From contig CAWDYW010000001.1 of NCBI GenBank assembly GCA_963806855.1, positions 896,001 through 960,000 of the forward strand: a stretch of 64,000 bases of DNA. The letters are read 5' to 3'. The notes under the pieces are model-generated. The model saw only the letters and a list, made by a program, of their open reading frames with translations. It made no database searches and was not told where the DNA came from. Shown piece by piece: positions 26,787 to 36,526 of the stretch. Each line of letters begins with the position of its first letter. The first letter of the stretch is position 1. The stretch is from an uncultured Verrucomicrobiae bacterium. GTDB lineage: Bacteria; Chlamydiota; Chlamydiia; Chlamydiales; Rhabdochlamydiaceae. The translations under genes were made by a program, and so were the position numbers.

Positions 26787-27344
26787 TTGAGGGGCTGCGC
26801 TCGCTCCCGAAGTTTCTTTCGGATTAACGACCTGGTGAACTCAACGCCTTTGAGCCTCACCAGATCATTCCAATCGCTAGTGTCTTTAGATGGCTTAAAA
26901 CCGACGAATTCTGGCTCAACCATGTAAACCCCCCGTCACCCGCGAGCCGAATTGATTCTAAGGCCATTTTAAGTCCTTTGTTGGGCAATCCCGTTCTTTA
27001 AGGTGTCGATCGTTGTCGGCAAATAGAATGATCGGGCTTTTTGGGCGCAGCTCACCACGGATGATCTTCGCCACATCCGGCAAGTTGTCCGACGAAAATG
27101 CGCAGACTGTCGGGATCCCGCTCAACTCGATACAGGTCCCAGCGGTGACATAACTCTCGGCGATGCCAATCGACCTTCTTCCATTTTCCATTTCGCTGAT
27201 ATGACGCTGACTAACTCCGATAGCTTCGGCCAAATCTTTCTGAGTGACCTCTTCTTTAAATCGAGCTCCTTGTGATCTGCGGCCTTTTCGAGAGGTTGTG
27301 ATAGGATGCTTTCTATCAGGGCTAGCACCTTCTCTAGCGCTCAT
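26783..27344 (-). pseudogene. chimeric remnant: XRE HTH fragment fused to a frameshifted Toprim primase C-terminus
   Basis: TQKDLAEAIGVSQRHISEMENG joined to IAESYVTA...ILFADND, then in other frames NKGL... and SDWNDLVRLKG. Confidence 0.75.
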
Positions 27345-27466
27345 TCTACTCTTTCTGTTTCGTAGCTATCATGATCTTTCTATGAAATAATTAAAATAAA
27401 TTAGCCAATTTAATTTAATATCAATTTTCAGTATAATTGCATTTAATTAAAAAATTGATTTTTAAA

Positions 27467-28305
27467 ATGCCAACTATTATGAATATTGCAGCGCCTCAAA
27501 ATATTTCTGCTTATCCAGGAGCAAGCTCCTTACAGTCTCAATCTATTCAGGCTGTTAAGAGTTGCTTTGCTGAAGTTCTGTTTAGCTCGCTAGCTACAGG
27601 AGCTGCATGTCTATTTGCAGCGACTCCACAAGTGGCTGTCTCACTTATTGTATTGACTGTAGCGATTTTAGCAATCAACGCTTTTCAAGAATGGCAGCAG
27701 TCTTTTTTGGAGGAGACTCCGCTAGCCAAGTAAAATCGAAAGAAAAGACGGATTTAGTTCTCTTGGAGAAACGTGCAGAATGATTCCCCCCTTCACCCAC
27801 GCTTTGCTCTATGGAACAACAGGGAATATATTGATTCATGAAAGCGGGCATTATGCAGCAGTTTCTTTGATACACACTCAATGCTAAACCTCAAATTGCA
27901 ATCGACGATTTATTTATGGGATCAACAACATGGATAACTGGTAAATATACGGCATTTGGAAAGCTTTTGGGACCATTAAATTCCAGATTGCTGATTGCTG
28001 CAGCGGGACCTTTAGTTGCAATCTGCTTTGCTGCTATTGGGATTATCGTAGCTCTTCAATTAGGTGAAAAATATCCTGATCTAAGCAAAAGTATTTTTTT
28101 CTCTTCAAATTTTTCAATTGTTGGGCATGTCAGTTATGCCTTATCGGCTTTCGCAGCTGATCCAAAAGACCTTGCTCATGACTTCGTAATGCTGTGGCGC
28201 TGTGGGCTTCACCCGCTGGTCTCAGTTATGTCTCTTATAGCTATTCCTACAATTGCTGTTCTAGTATATTTATATAATAAAAATCAATTTTATAAAACAA
28301 TTTAA
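27467..28305 (+). pseudogene. M50-like membrane zinc metallopeptidase, frameshifted
   Basis: HESGH at 27837-27851 lies in a third frame between ORFs 27437-27733 and 27916-28305; IAAAGP and HDF downstream. Confidence 0.72.
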
Positions 28306-28380
28306 TTTAATATTTAGCATTCATATATATTATCTAATTCGATATACTTCTTCCAAGGTAATTTAAAAACACAGGAAAGT

Positions 28381-30057
28381 ATGAGCTTAGAAGCAAATAA
28401 TTTTAAAATTTCTGAACCGGACTATTTTCACAGAGAATATAAGAATGACCTTCCACAAGAGGAGTCAGGGAACTATTATGTCGATCAATGCAAACGGATC
28501 ACATCAGTAGCATTGCCATTTCTGAGTTTGTATAAACCGTTTGGATTTACTCTTTCGCTGACTCTTGGAGGTTTGCGCTCATTTACTTCACTTTCACAAC
28601 TCTTGACTGAAATTCAAAATGGGGGGTTGAATGAATGCTCTTACGCGCTTCTCCAGACTCTACTTTCAGTTATTGCCTTAACCGGAACTATTTTAGCTCA
28701 TCCATTTGGGATGCTTATTACTACAGTTCATGATTGTGCATTAGATTGTTTTGCTGTTGGGAATAATCTTTATTTAGGCAATTTTCAAGGTGCTATAGGA
28801 AACTCAGCAAATTTAATGAACAACACCCTGTATCTTGCACTCTTTTTACACGGGGGTCTAGAAATAGCGATAGCTTCATTGGCTATGCAGATCTTAATTG
28901 GTCTTTCGCAATCAGCTTCCGAATATCAAAAAGGCAATTACCTTGAAGCAAGTGGCCATATGCTAATGGGCATGATCCGAGGCAATCAATTGGGCGGGCA
29001 AGTCCGAATGCTTCAGATGAAATGGGAAATTGAAAAAGTTTTGAATAAACCACAAGCTCGTTCAACTGCTTCCTTCCAGTTGAAATCTTCAGCAGAAATT
29101 TGTCCCCAACAAGTGGACAAAGAGATGGTCATAAAGGCTGCAACGTCAGAAAATAGTGAATTGATCCACATTTTGGTAAAATATAGCAATAATCCTGATG
29201 GCCTCCCATCTCTTTTATATGCAGCTAAGCTAGGGGATTTCAAAGCTGTTAAACTGCTGCTTCAATATGATGCAAATCTCTTCACAAAAGATTCAAGTGG
29301 TAACACTGCTCTTCCTTATGCGATGTTTTCTAAAAACACAGAGATGGTCAAATTTTTTCTAAATAAGGGTATTGACCCAAATACAGGGATTTGTTTTAGC
29401 AGCGGAATTTGGTGTGAAGTGATAAAACAAAACGATGTTAAATCATTTGAGGTTCTTATTTCTCATGGCCTTAAGTTGAATTCTGTTTACTATGATGACT
29501 TTAATGCTCCCGCTTTCAATTCTATCCAATTTGGCAGTTTAGATCTTTTAAAACTCATCCTCGACCACGGAGGAGATGTCCCTAAAACTCTATGGTGTCT
29601 TCCAAATCCAGCTTTATGGGCTGTTTCTGGAGATCTTCCTGAGAAGAGGAAAGAGAAATTTGAATGCTTCAAATGGCTTGTTGCAGAAAAAATCTTAATT
29701 CTAAACAAAGAAGATGATTTTAATATTCCGAACTCATATCCAGAGTTTGTTGAATATTTATTGGATCATGGCTATATAAATATCAACCAAAAATCCTTAT
29801 TGCAACTTTCTTTCAACAAACCGGATGTTCTTAGACTTGTAATACAAAAAGGCGCTGATATAAAAGAAGGGCATACTGTATTACATGATGCGGTATCTGC
29901 CTGGGGTTGGATTTCGGTATCATATCTTGAGTCTATTAAAATTCTTATAGAAAGCGGGGTTAATGTTAATTCCAAGGACAGTAATGGGCAAACGCCATTA
30001 GCAAAAGCTAAAGATAAAAAAATTAAAGATTTATTAATTAAATATGGAGCCGTTTAA
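28381..30057 (+). CDS. ankyrin-repeat protein with N-terminal hydrophobic domain
   Basis: LLYAAKLG..AVKLLL, GNTALPYA, GHTVLHDAV, VNSKDSNGQTPL. Confidence 0.88.
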   Translation: MSLEANNFKISEPDYFHREYKNDLPQEESGNYYVDQCKRITSVALPFLSLYKPFGFTLSLTLGGLRSFTSLSQLLTEIQNGGLNECSYALLQTLLSVIALTGTILAHPFGMLITTVHDCALDCFAVGNNLYLGNFQGAIGNSANLMNNTLYLALFLHGGLEIAIASLAMQILIGLSQSASEYQKGNYLEASGHMLMGMIRGNQLGGQVRMLQMKWEIEKVLNKPQARSTASFQLKSSAEICPQQVDKEMVIKAATSENSELIHILVKYSNNPDGLPSLLYAAKLGDFKAVKLLLQYDANLFTKDSSGNTALPYAMFSKNTEMVKFFLNKGIDPNTGICFSSGIWCEVIKQNDVKSFEVLISHGLKLNSVYYDDFNAPAFNSIQFGSLDLLKLILDHGGDVPKTLWCLPNPALWAVSGDLPEKRKEKFECFKWLVAEKILILNKEDDFNIPNSYPEFVEYLLDHGYININQKSLLQLSFNKPDVLRLVIQKGADIKEGHTVLHDAVSAWGWISVSYLESIKILIESGVNVNSKDSNGQTPLAKAKDKKIKDLLIKYGAV

Positions 30058-30072
30058 TAAAACAATTTTTTA

Positions 30073-30780
30073 TTGAAACCATATTTTGATAAGAATAGAC
30101 TTGAAAGAGCCCAACTTCAAGCTAAAGCGCTTACACAAGATACGATCATTCCGCTGGAAAGTGCCCCAGAACTTCCCGATCACCAGCTTAAGCTTTACTT
30201 CGACATTGAAGGGAACCCTCTCTTAGACATAGACTATCTCTTTGGGATCTGGGTCAGTGGCGATCCAAATCAGCTATATGCCCCTAAAAATAATGCCCGA
30301 TTTTGCGAAGGTGAAGAGGGCTATTTCGTTTACTTCCTTGCCGAACATCCCAACGAAGAGAAAGCGATGTTGAGAGCATTTTTGGAATGGGTGGCCGCCC
30401 TTCCTGACGAATATTCTATTTACCACTACGCGAATTATGAAAAGGCACACCTCCGGAAGCTAAGCGATTAATATGGTGGCTCTGAGGCTCTGGAGACATT
30501 CCAAAGCAACTTAAACGATCTCCAAAAAATTGTAGAGCAATCCGTCATATTCCCTCTCTATTCCTACTCCATCAAAGATCTCGCTAAGTCCCGCTTCATC
30601 GACTTCAAGTGGCGACATCAAAAAGCAGGTGGCGGCCAAAGCGTCTTCTGGTATGATTAATGGCTTGCAACCGGCGATAAAGCTATCCTCGAAGACATCA
30701 TCAATTACAATGAGGATGACGTCCGCGCAACGGAAGCTCTGTATCAATGGCTAAAACCAAAAGGAAGTAAAGTTTTCTGA
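30073..30780 (+). pseudogene. TM0106-family nuclease, RNase H-like C-terminal part, truncated and nonsense-mutated
   Basis: YFDIE, IYHYANYEK, SYSIKDLA, YNEDDVRAT in one frame with TAA at 30469 and 30658; N-terminal part absent. Confidence 0.8.
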
Positions 30781-30784
30781 TATT

Positions 30785-31723
30785 ATGAAAAAAGAATGGA
30801 CTCCAATGACATTGAGGGCTTTAAAAGAAAATCATCCTAAAATACTGGATAAATTTGAAGCCCTTGCAAAGCCATATTGCACAAGACTTTTTGATCTTGG
30901 GGAAGAGCACAAAGGGATTCCCGATTTCATTGGAAGTGGGACTTTTGTGCAGATTGGAGGTCGCCCAGGAATTCTTACCAATCATCATGTTGCAATGATA
31001 TTTGGAGTAAAAAATCGAAGCTGGGTTTATGTTCCGGGCTACAGATCGGAAAAGATAAGGGGGCTTAAATTAAAATCTATTATTTCATTGCCTCATTATC
31101 CAGCTGACTGGGAAATCAGAGGTCTTGATATTTCATTTATTGAATTAGATTCAGAAGCTGCTGTATTGGATCTAGGGTATCAAATCTGGGACCTTGATAA
31201 GTCAACGGAAAATCACTTTTTAAATAAAATAAATTTAAAGAAGAAAGGTGCTGTTAATAATTGGCTTTGGGGATTTGAAGCAACTCCAAGTGAAGAGATT
31301 TCAAAACAAGGAAATATCCTTTGCTTTGAGCAGGCTGGATTTCACTTTCTGAGACCTGATAAACCTGATTTTTTTGAGGCAACAGCAAGAAGTTCAAAGG
31401 GTGATTTTCTGAAACGAGCAGATGAATATTATTGTGAAATCAATCGCGACGGAGTAGATGGACCAATTTTACCTAAGTCATGGAGCGGTACAAGCGGCAG
31501 TGCGGTATGGAAAGGAATTGGTGAAATCCCTTCGGAAACCATTGCTAATTTTGATTTGGCTGGAGTTCAAGCTGAAGAAATAAGATGGGTGGGTCCTGCT
31601 GTAGCAGTGGTATTTAGAGGCGCATATTCTTTATACGACACTTTTTATACATTTTGCTCACACTATCTTTTGCATCAAGAAGAAGTAGCTGCGCTTAAGT
31701 ATGCTGGCTTCGTTAATGAATAA
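30785..31723 (+). CDS. trypsin-like serine protease
   Basis: GSGTFV, ILTNHHVA (His), LDISFIEL (Asp), SGTSGSAVW (Ser); no signal peptide. Confidence 0.75.
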   Translation: MKKEWTPMTLRALKENHPKILDKFEALAKPYCTRLFDLGEEHKGIPDFIGSGTFVQIGGRPGILTNHHVAMIFGVKNRSWVYVPGYRSEKIRGLKLKSIISLPHYPADWEIRGLDISFIELDSEAAVLDLGYQIWDLDKSTENHFLNKINLKKKGAVNNWLWGFEATPSEEISKQGNILCFEQAGFHFLRPDKPDFFEATARSSKGDFLKRADEYYCEINRDGVDGPILPKSWSGTSGSAVWKGIGEIPSETIANFDLAGVQAEEIRWVGPAVAVVFRGAYSLYDTFYTFCSHYLLHQEEVAALKYAGFVNE

Positions 31724-31745
31724 TAGAGGTACCTCTAGATAGAAT

Positions 31746-32165
31746 TCATTTGCAATCAACATTCACCAGAAGATTTTTTAAGTCCTTGCTCATATTCTTA
31801 ACTGTTCCAGGAGGCTTTTCAAGCTGGCGAAGACCTCCATAAGAATTACACAAAGCAGCGCTGTGGATAATGTCCTTTAATAAAGAAGGAATTTTTTCTC
31901 CTAATGTCGAGGACAGATTATGATTTAATAGCTCTTTATGTGCTTTAAATTGAAAATTGCATTTTGCATCTCCCACACCAGGAGTTATATTAAAATCGCA
32001 TTCTTCTATTACCTGCTTCTTTATATTGAGAAATACATTATTATTTTTTTGGTCGTCATGTTTCCTATCCTTGCATTTTATCAGGATCGACAAAATAATA
32101 CCTCCAATTATTGTAACTAACATACCTGATACAAAACCTGGGATTTGGTCAAAAAATAGATTCAT
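31746..32165 (-). CDS. hypothetical protein with N-terminal TM helix
   Basis: 139-aa AT-rich ORF, FVSGMLVTIIGGIILSILI then basic residues. Confidence 0.65.
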   Translation of the reverse strand: MNLFFDQIPGFVSGMLVTIIGGIILSILIKCKDRKHDDQKNNNVFLNIKKQVIEECDFNITPGVGDAKCNFQFKAHKELLNHNLSSTLGEKIPSLLKDIIHSAALCNSYGGLRQLEKPPGTVKNMSKDLKNLLVNVDCK

Positions 32166-32197
32166 AAGCGCTCCAAAGTTTAAAGTTTATTTCACAT

Positions 32198-32500
32198 CTA
32201 GCTAAGGCGTAGATTCAATCCCATCGCTACACATAACGAAACAAGAGTATGCCATTTAGGATTGCCAGTGCCTGAAAGTGTTTTATAAAGACTTTCACGG
32301 CCAACGTGAGCCTTTTTGGCCAAAGCTCCAACACCGCCTTGTGCTTCTGCAACATTTCGAAGAGCAATCAAGAAAAGGTGTTGTGATTCTTCATCGCCTT
32401 TAAGGCTTTCTTCTAAAGCCGCGTTTAAGTACGCGACGGCTTCATCGTGATCCGCTAAATGTTCGAGTAGAAATTCTTGATATTTTTTACTTCTTGCCAT
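32198..32500 (-). CDS. addiction module antidote (HTH antitoxin, HI1420-like)
   Basis: AVAYLNAALE, ALRNVAEAQGG, RESLYKTLS..GNP. Confidence 0.9.
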   Translation of the reverse strand: MARSKKYQEFLLEHLADHDEAVAYLNAALEESLKGDEESQHLFLIALRNVAEAQGGVGALAKKAHVGRESLYKTLSGTGNPKWHTLVSLCVAMGLNLRLS

Positions 32501-32831
32501 GACCTACCTCCCTTGATTGATAATCTTTCAAATACTCCTTTGCTTTAGCGATGTCCCTATCTTGGGAGCCCTTGTCGCCACCGCAAAGAAGCAAGATGAC
32601 TTTATTCCCAATCTTCCCGTAGTAAATTCTAATCCCAGGACCATAATGAATCCTGAGCTCGCAAACTCCCTCTTGTAGAGTTTTGCAATCGCCAAAGTTT
32701 CCAAGTTTCAAGCGATCAAGCCTTGTCAGGATTTTGGCCCGGGTATGGATCTCTTTGATTTCCTTAATCCAGATCTCAAAGGGTCGCTTGCCGTTGGCGG
32801 TTTCGTAGAGTTCTACTTCGATTTCTTCCAT
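32487..32831 (-). CDS. RelE/ParE-like toxin (addiction module killer, HI1419-like)
   Basis: RLDRLKLGNFGDCK, ELRIHYGPG.RIYY, LLCGGDK.SQDRDI; toxin-first order. Confidence 0.92.
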   Translation of the reverse strand: MEEIEVELYETANGKRPFEIWIKEIKEIHTRAKILTRLDRLKLGNFGDCKTLQEGVCELRIHYGPGIRIYYGKIGNKVILLLCGGDKGSQDRDIAKAKEYLKDYQSREVGHGKK

Positions 32832-32839
32832 ATAACCTT

Positions 32840-32869
32840 ATTGTATCTTTTGGGATACATTATTTTCAA
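32840..32869 (-). promoter_or_regulatory. toxin-antitoxin promoter with overlapping operator
   Basis: TTGAAA-18nt-TACAAT on the minus strand; palindrome TGTATC-N6-GATACA at 32842-32859. Confidence 0.65.
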
Positions 32870-32972
32870 GTGAAAATTTAAGCTATTAATTTTGAGGGTG
32901 TTGAAAATTCTTGAGAGAGGCTGAGCCAGTCAAAAGTTCGAAGTGTACCCAGTAACTGGCATCTATGTAACT

Positions 32973-33008
32973 GAAGTACTTAGGACTAAAATCCTAAGTG
33001 CTTTTTTT
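32973..33008 (+). repeat. right direct repeat of the island (copy of the tRNA terminator)
   Basis: GAAGTACTTAGGACTAAAATCCTAAGTGCTTTTT, one mismatch to 24858-24891. Confidence 0.9.
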
Positions 33009-33108
33009 GCAAACATTTCATGCCGCGTAAATTAATTATTAGAGATTCTTAAAAATTATCAGCTCCTGTATAGTTTATGGCTTTGAAACGTAGTTAATTG
33101 GGTTTGTT

Positions 33109-33732
33109 ATGGATAATATTTTTTACAGAAAATTTGTCGGGGTCACAAAGATTCTTCTGATCGTTCTGTCCGTAGGATATTTGAGTGGATGTGCAAGATA
33201 TAATGCGAGGTCATTAAATAGTTTGTCTTCTGATCTAATGACAACTTCCAAATCAAAAGGTGTTGGAGTAGTTGCAAGAACATTCACACAAGCAGATTGT
33301 AAGAGATATTTAGATCGAGATGTAATTAACGAAGGTTATCAGCCAGTGCAGGTATATCTTCAAAATAATACTGCAAAAAGCTATAGCTTTTCCTTAAATA
33401 GAATCAGTTTGCCGCATGCAGCGCCCGAAGAAGTGGCTGAGAAGGTTCATACTTCAACTGCAGGAAGAGTAGCAGGTTATGGGGCAGGAGCTTTGATCCT
33501 ATGGCCACTGGTCATTCCTGCTATTGTTGATGGGGTGATGTCCTCACAAGCGAATGAAAGGCTCGACAATGACTTCTATTCTAAAGCAGCTAAGGATCAA
33601 GTTGTAAATCCTTATTCCCATATAAACACTCTTATTTTCGTCCCATGCTCTAGTTACGTAAACGATTTTACTATCACTTTGATCGATCAGGAAACGAATG
33701 AGCCTGTTTTATTAAATGTCACAGCCTCATAA
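33109..33732 (+). CDS. putative lipoprotein
   Basis: Hydrophobic leader ending in LSGC lipobox; internal hydrophobic segment. Confidence 0.75.
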   Translation: MDNIFYRKFVGVTKILLIVLSVGYLSGCARYNARSLNSLSSDLMTTSKSKGVGVVARTFTQADCKRYLDRDVINEGYQPVQVYLQNNTAKSYSFSLNRISLPHAAPEEVAEKVHTSTAGRVAGYGAGALILWPLVIPAIVDGVMSSQANERLDNDFYSKAAKDQVVNPYSHINTLIFVPCSSYVNDFTITLIDQETNEPVLLNVTAS

Positions 33733-33759
33733 ATCGAGAAAAATTGGAGTTGGTGTGTA

Positions 33760-34164
33760 CTATATCTTTATGCGCACCCACTCCAATTGAGTGGAATCCA
33801 ATGACGCCTCTTCTGTTAAAACGGCCTCCCAGTAATCTCTACTGCGATAGGCATCAAGAGCGGTTACAAATTCATCGTGGATGGGGAGCTCAGCCCAGGC
33901 ATTTAAGGTAGCTTCGTCTTGAAACTTGAGCACGATATCTATGCGATCGCCCTCGTCTTCATTGATCGTGTATGACATGGAAATAAAACCGGGTTGTTGG
34001 CTAACAAAAGCATCTAAGTTTGGAAACCATTCTTTTTGGAAATATTGAATTCCATCATTTGTTAAATAGTGCCTTACATAAGCTGTCAGCATACTTCTCT
34101 CCATAGGTTCTTGTGCACTCACACTTGCCATTTGAATTATAAAAGTACCTATCAAAAAAAACAT
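33760..34164 (-). CDS. ABM-like (dimeric alpha-beta barrel) protein with signal peptide
   Basis: SQQPGFIS, LKFQDEATLNAW...H; hydrophobic leader ending VSA. Confidence 0.6.
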   Translation of the reverse strand: MFFLIGTFIIQMASVSAQEPMERSMLTAYVRHYLTNDGIQYFQKEWFPNLDAFVSQQPGFISMSYTINEDEGDRIDIVLKFQDEATLNAWAELPIHDEFVTALDAYRSRDYWEAVLTEEASLDSTQLEWVRIKI

Positions 34165-34199
34165 CTTAGATTTCAGATTATCTGAACCATCTCTTACTT

Positions 34200-34934
34200 C
34201 TATTTATTTTGGAATTTGTCTCGTTTCCATTTCCCGCTCAAAATGCTTCCTTCAGCATTAACTTTTGTTCCTTGACCATCAGCCGTACCAGTATCAGGAT
34301 TAATTGCTCCCCTATAGATAGCCCCATCAGGATTAATCATTGATACTACATCGTCAGTTAGTTGGCCCTCTTTCCAATGCCCTTGAATAATGTTATTCCC
34401 GGAAATTAATATTCCCTTACCAGAATATTGGCCGGTTGTTTCGCTTATGCCTCCGCGATAGACCGAGCCGGCGGAATCGATTTTGGAAAATTCATCATTA
34501 TAATCGGGCTCATCATCTTTAAAATTCGCATTAACAGCCAGATCACCTATAGGGGAAATTGTCATGACTCGACCGTTAAGTTTGTTGTCTGTAAACGTCC
34601 CTTTCATGACCGAGGCTGAAGCAGTCACCAACGTTCCCTCGCCATTAAACTTGCCTTTTTTAAACATCCCCGTAAAGATTGCGCCAGTTCGGGAGATTAA
34701 ACTACCATTACCGTTAAATATTCCACGATTGATTTCGCCAATATAAACCCCTCCATGAGTCAAATTTACCTGAGCAACTCCATTAAAATGTAATGGCAGA
34801 TCATCTTCCTCAAAAATAGGAGGTCTTTCTACTTTGCTTGTTTTGGATGAAAGGTGGACGTCCGATTGCCCCGTTTCTTCGTTTGAAGCATAAGGGCGTT
34901 TGCTAGGACTACCTGACAGAGATGTGGTGGACAC
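34200..34934 (-). CDS. MORN-repeat protein with Ser-rich N-terminus
   Basis: Repeats YIGEINRGIFNGNG, FTGMFKKGKFNGEG, YRG...YSGKG, YRG...ADGQG; GTG start. Confidence 0.8.
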   Translation of the reverse strand: MSTTSLSGSPSKRPYASNEETGQSDVHLSSKTSKVERPPIFEEDDLPLHFNGVAQVNLTHGGVYIGEINRGIFNGNGSLISRTGAIFTGMFKKGKFNGEGTLVTASASVMKGTFTDNKLNGRVMTISPIGDLAVNANFKDDEPDYNDEFSKIDSAGSVYRGGISETTGQYSGKGILISGNNIIQGHWKEGQLTDDVVSMINPDGAIYRGAINPDTGTADGQGTKVNAEGSILSGKWKRDKFQNK

Positions 34935-35124
34935 TTTCTTTCCTTTTTTAAATTAAACCGTATGCAATTATATGACATTTTTAGGTTTAAATTAAATATT
35001 AAAGGTAATTGCTTCAATCACTAAAATTTAAATATTGAAAACTATACCCGTCATCTTCTCGATGAGCTTCCATTATAGGATAGAGGCACTGTCTAATTTT
35101 GGAAATAGATAGTTGAATCGCGAT

Positions 35125-35167
35125 TTTTGTCAAAGCGTTGACAAAATGTAAAAGTCTCTGGTATCCT
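35125..35167 (+). promoter_or_regulatory. promoter with palindromic operator over the -35
   Basis: TTTTGTCAA-AGCG-TTGACAAAA (35125-35146) contains TTGACA; TATCCT 18 nt downstream. Confidence 0.7.
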
Positions 35168-35174
35168 ATGAGTC

Positions 35175-35844
35175 ATGGATAATCAAGAGATATTTAAGAG
35201 ATACGTGCAAATCGCTGATGTTCTTGGGCAAATGTTTCCCAACATCTTGGAAATTGCCGTTCATGACTTTAAAGATTTAGACCGATCGCTGGTCCATATC
35301 GTCAATGGTCATATTTCCGGCAGAGTTGTAGGGGGGCCGGTAAGTGAACTGAATATGCGACGACTTATCGAGGAAGAGGATTTCCCAGATGCTCTGCTTA
35401 ACTATACTAGCCGCAATTACCGTGGGCAGACTTTGAAGTCGAGCTCTCTTGCAATTCGCGATGAAAAAGGGAAGGTGATCGGGGCCTTCTGCTTGCATTT
35501 CGATCTCTCTCAATTCGAGCAGTTTCATAAATTTTTAGATTTTTTTCTCCATACGACTCCCGATCCATTTGTGGGCATTAATGATTTTGGTCAAAGTCAG
35601 CCTTTTAGTGAGGAAATCGAAGAAGAAATCAAGAGATGGCTTCTGCAACAAGGCTTATTTTCGACTCAACTCACGTATAAGGATAAGCAAGCGATTGTTG
35701 AACATCTTTTCCATCGAGGCTGTTTTAAGAAAAAAGGGGGCGATCTCGTGCATTGCAAATGCGTTGCAGCTCACTCGTCAATCCATCTATAACTATCTAG
35801 AACTCATCAAGCATAAGGGGGAAGTTCATGGAAACTCAAACTAA
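35175..35844 (+). pseudogene. YheO/DauR-like PAS + HTH regulator, frameshifted near the 3' end
   Basis: EIAVHDF, IVNGHISGR, LKSSS.AIRD; HTH end (GAISCIANALQLTRQSIYNYL) is in the +1 frame after A6G5 at 35730-35740. Confidence 0.8.
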
Positions 35845-36526
35845 GAAGGCTCTTTATATGGAGCATAGCCATCTCTATAGGCATAGCGCAAATATCGTCA
35901 AAATCGGAGAGGGCGAAATCAATAAAAAACGAACCAAATGGGTTATACTTGACGAGACGATTTTCCATCCGAAAGGGGGAGGGCAGCCGAGCGATGAGGG
36001 GACGATCAATGGAATAAACGTTGTCCATGTGCACAAGGAATCACTCGATAAAGACCGGATAGACCTTTTTGAAATCTTGCACTGTTTTGAAGAGGGGCAG
36101 TTTAAAGAGGGAGATCAGGTCGAATTGGTTGTCGATGGGGTGAAACGAAATTTCTTTTCTCGCATTCACACTGCAGGGCATCTCATTGCAGAGACGACGA
36201 AGGAGCTCTTTCCAGATCTAGAAGCATTCCATGGCAATCATGATCCGCAAAATGGCTATGTCAGGTTTAAAATGCTCTCTGATGCGGCGCATGATAAGGA
36301 GCATATTAAGATGAAATTGCAAGGGGCTCTCACTTTGAAGCTGCAAGAGGATATCCCCGTTTGCATTACGAAACTTGCCAATGGAACGAGAGCGATTCAA
36401 ATCAGACAGGTGATGCCTTGCGGAGGGACACATGTAGACCATGTGAGAGAGATTGGCCCGGTTGAAATTGGAGATATTTCGATTAATAGTAAAGAAAAGA
36501 CAGTCACGATAAAATACCGTTTATGA
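35828..36526 (+). CDS. AlaX-like trans-editing protein
   Basis: LDETIFHPKGGGQPSDEG, HTAGH, PCGGTH. Confidence 0.88.
   Translation: METQTKKALYMEHSHLYRHSANIVKIGEGEINKKRTKWVILDETIFHPKGGGQPSDEGTINGINVVHVHKESLDKDRIDLFEILHCFEEGQFKEGDQVELVVDGVKRNFFSRIHTAGHLIAETTKELFPDLEAFHGNHDPQNGYVRFKMLSDAAHDKEHIKMKLQGALTLKLQEDIPVCITKLANGTRAIQIRQVMPCGGTHVDHVREIGPVEIGDISINSKEKTVTIKYRL

Larger units (their letters stand above)
24858..33006. mobile_element. decayed genomic island (~8.1 kb) next to tRNA-Asn, no intact integrase
   Basis: 34-bp direct repeat (33/34 identical) at 24858-24891 and 32973-33006; AT-rich interior, pseudogenes, primase fragments, toxin-antitoxin pair. Confidence 0.8.

Noticed and set aside
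24924..26970. CRISPR array or integron cassette array
   Set aside because: Repeats are few, irregularly spaced and hundreds of bp apart; no cas or intI gene and no convincing attC structure
30469..30660. Stop-codon recoding in the TM0106-like gene
   Set aside because: Both stops are TAA, which terminates many intact genes here, and the gene is also 5'-truncated; ordinary pseudogene
32934..32972. Degenerate tRNA 3' end (AGTTCGAA) upstream of the right repeat
   Set aside because: Only 8 bp match, spacing to the terminator differs and there is no T-stem pairing; may be chance
35730..35740. Programmed -1 frameshift at AAAAAAG
   Set aside because: Restoring the HTH needs a +1 shift, not -1
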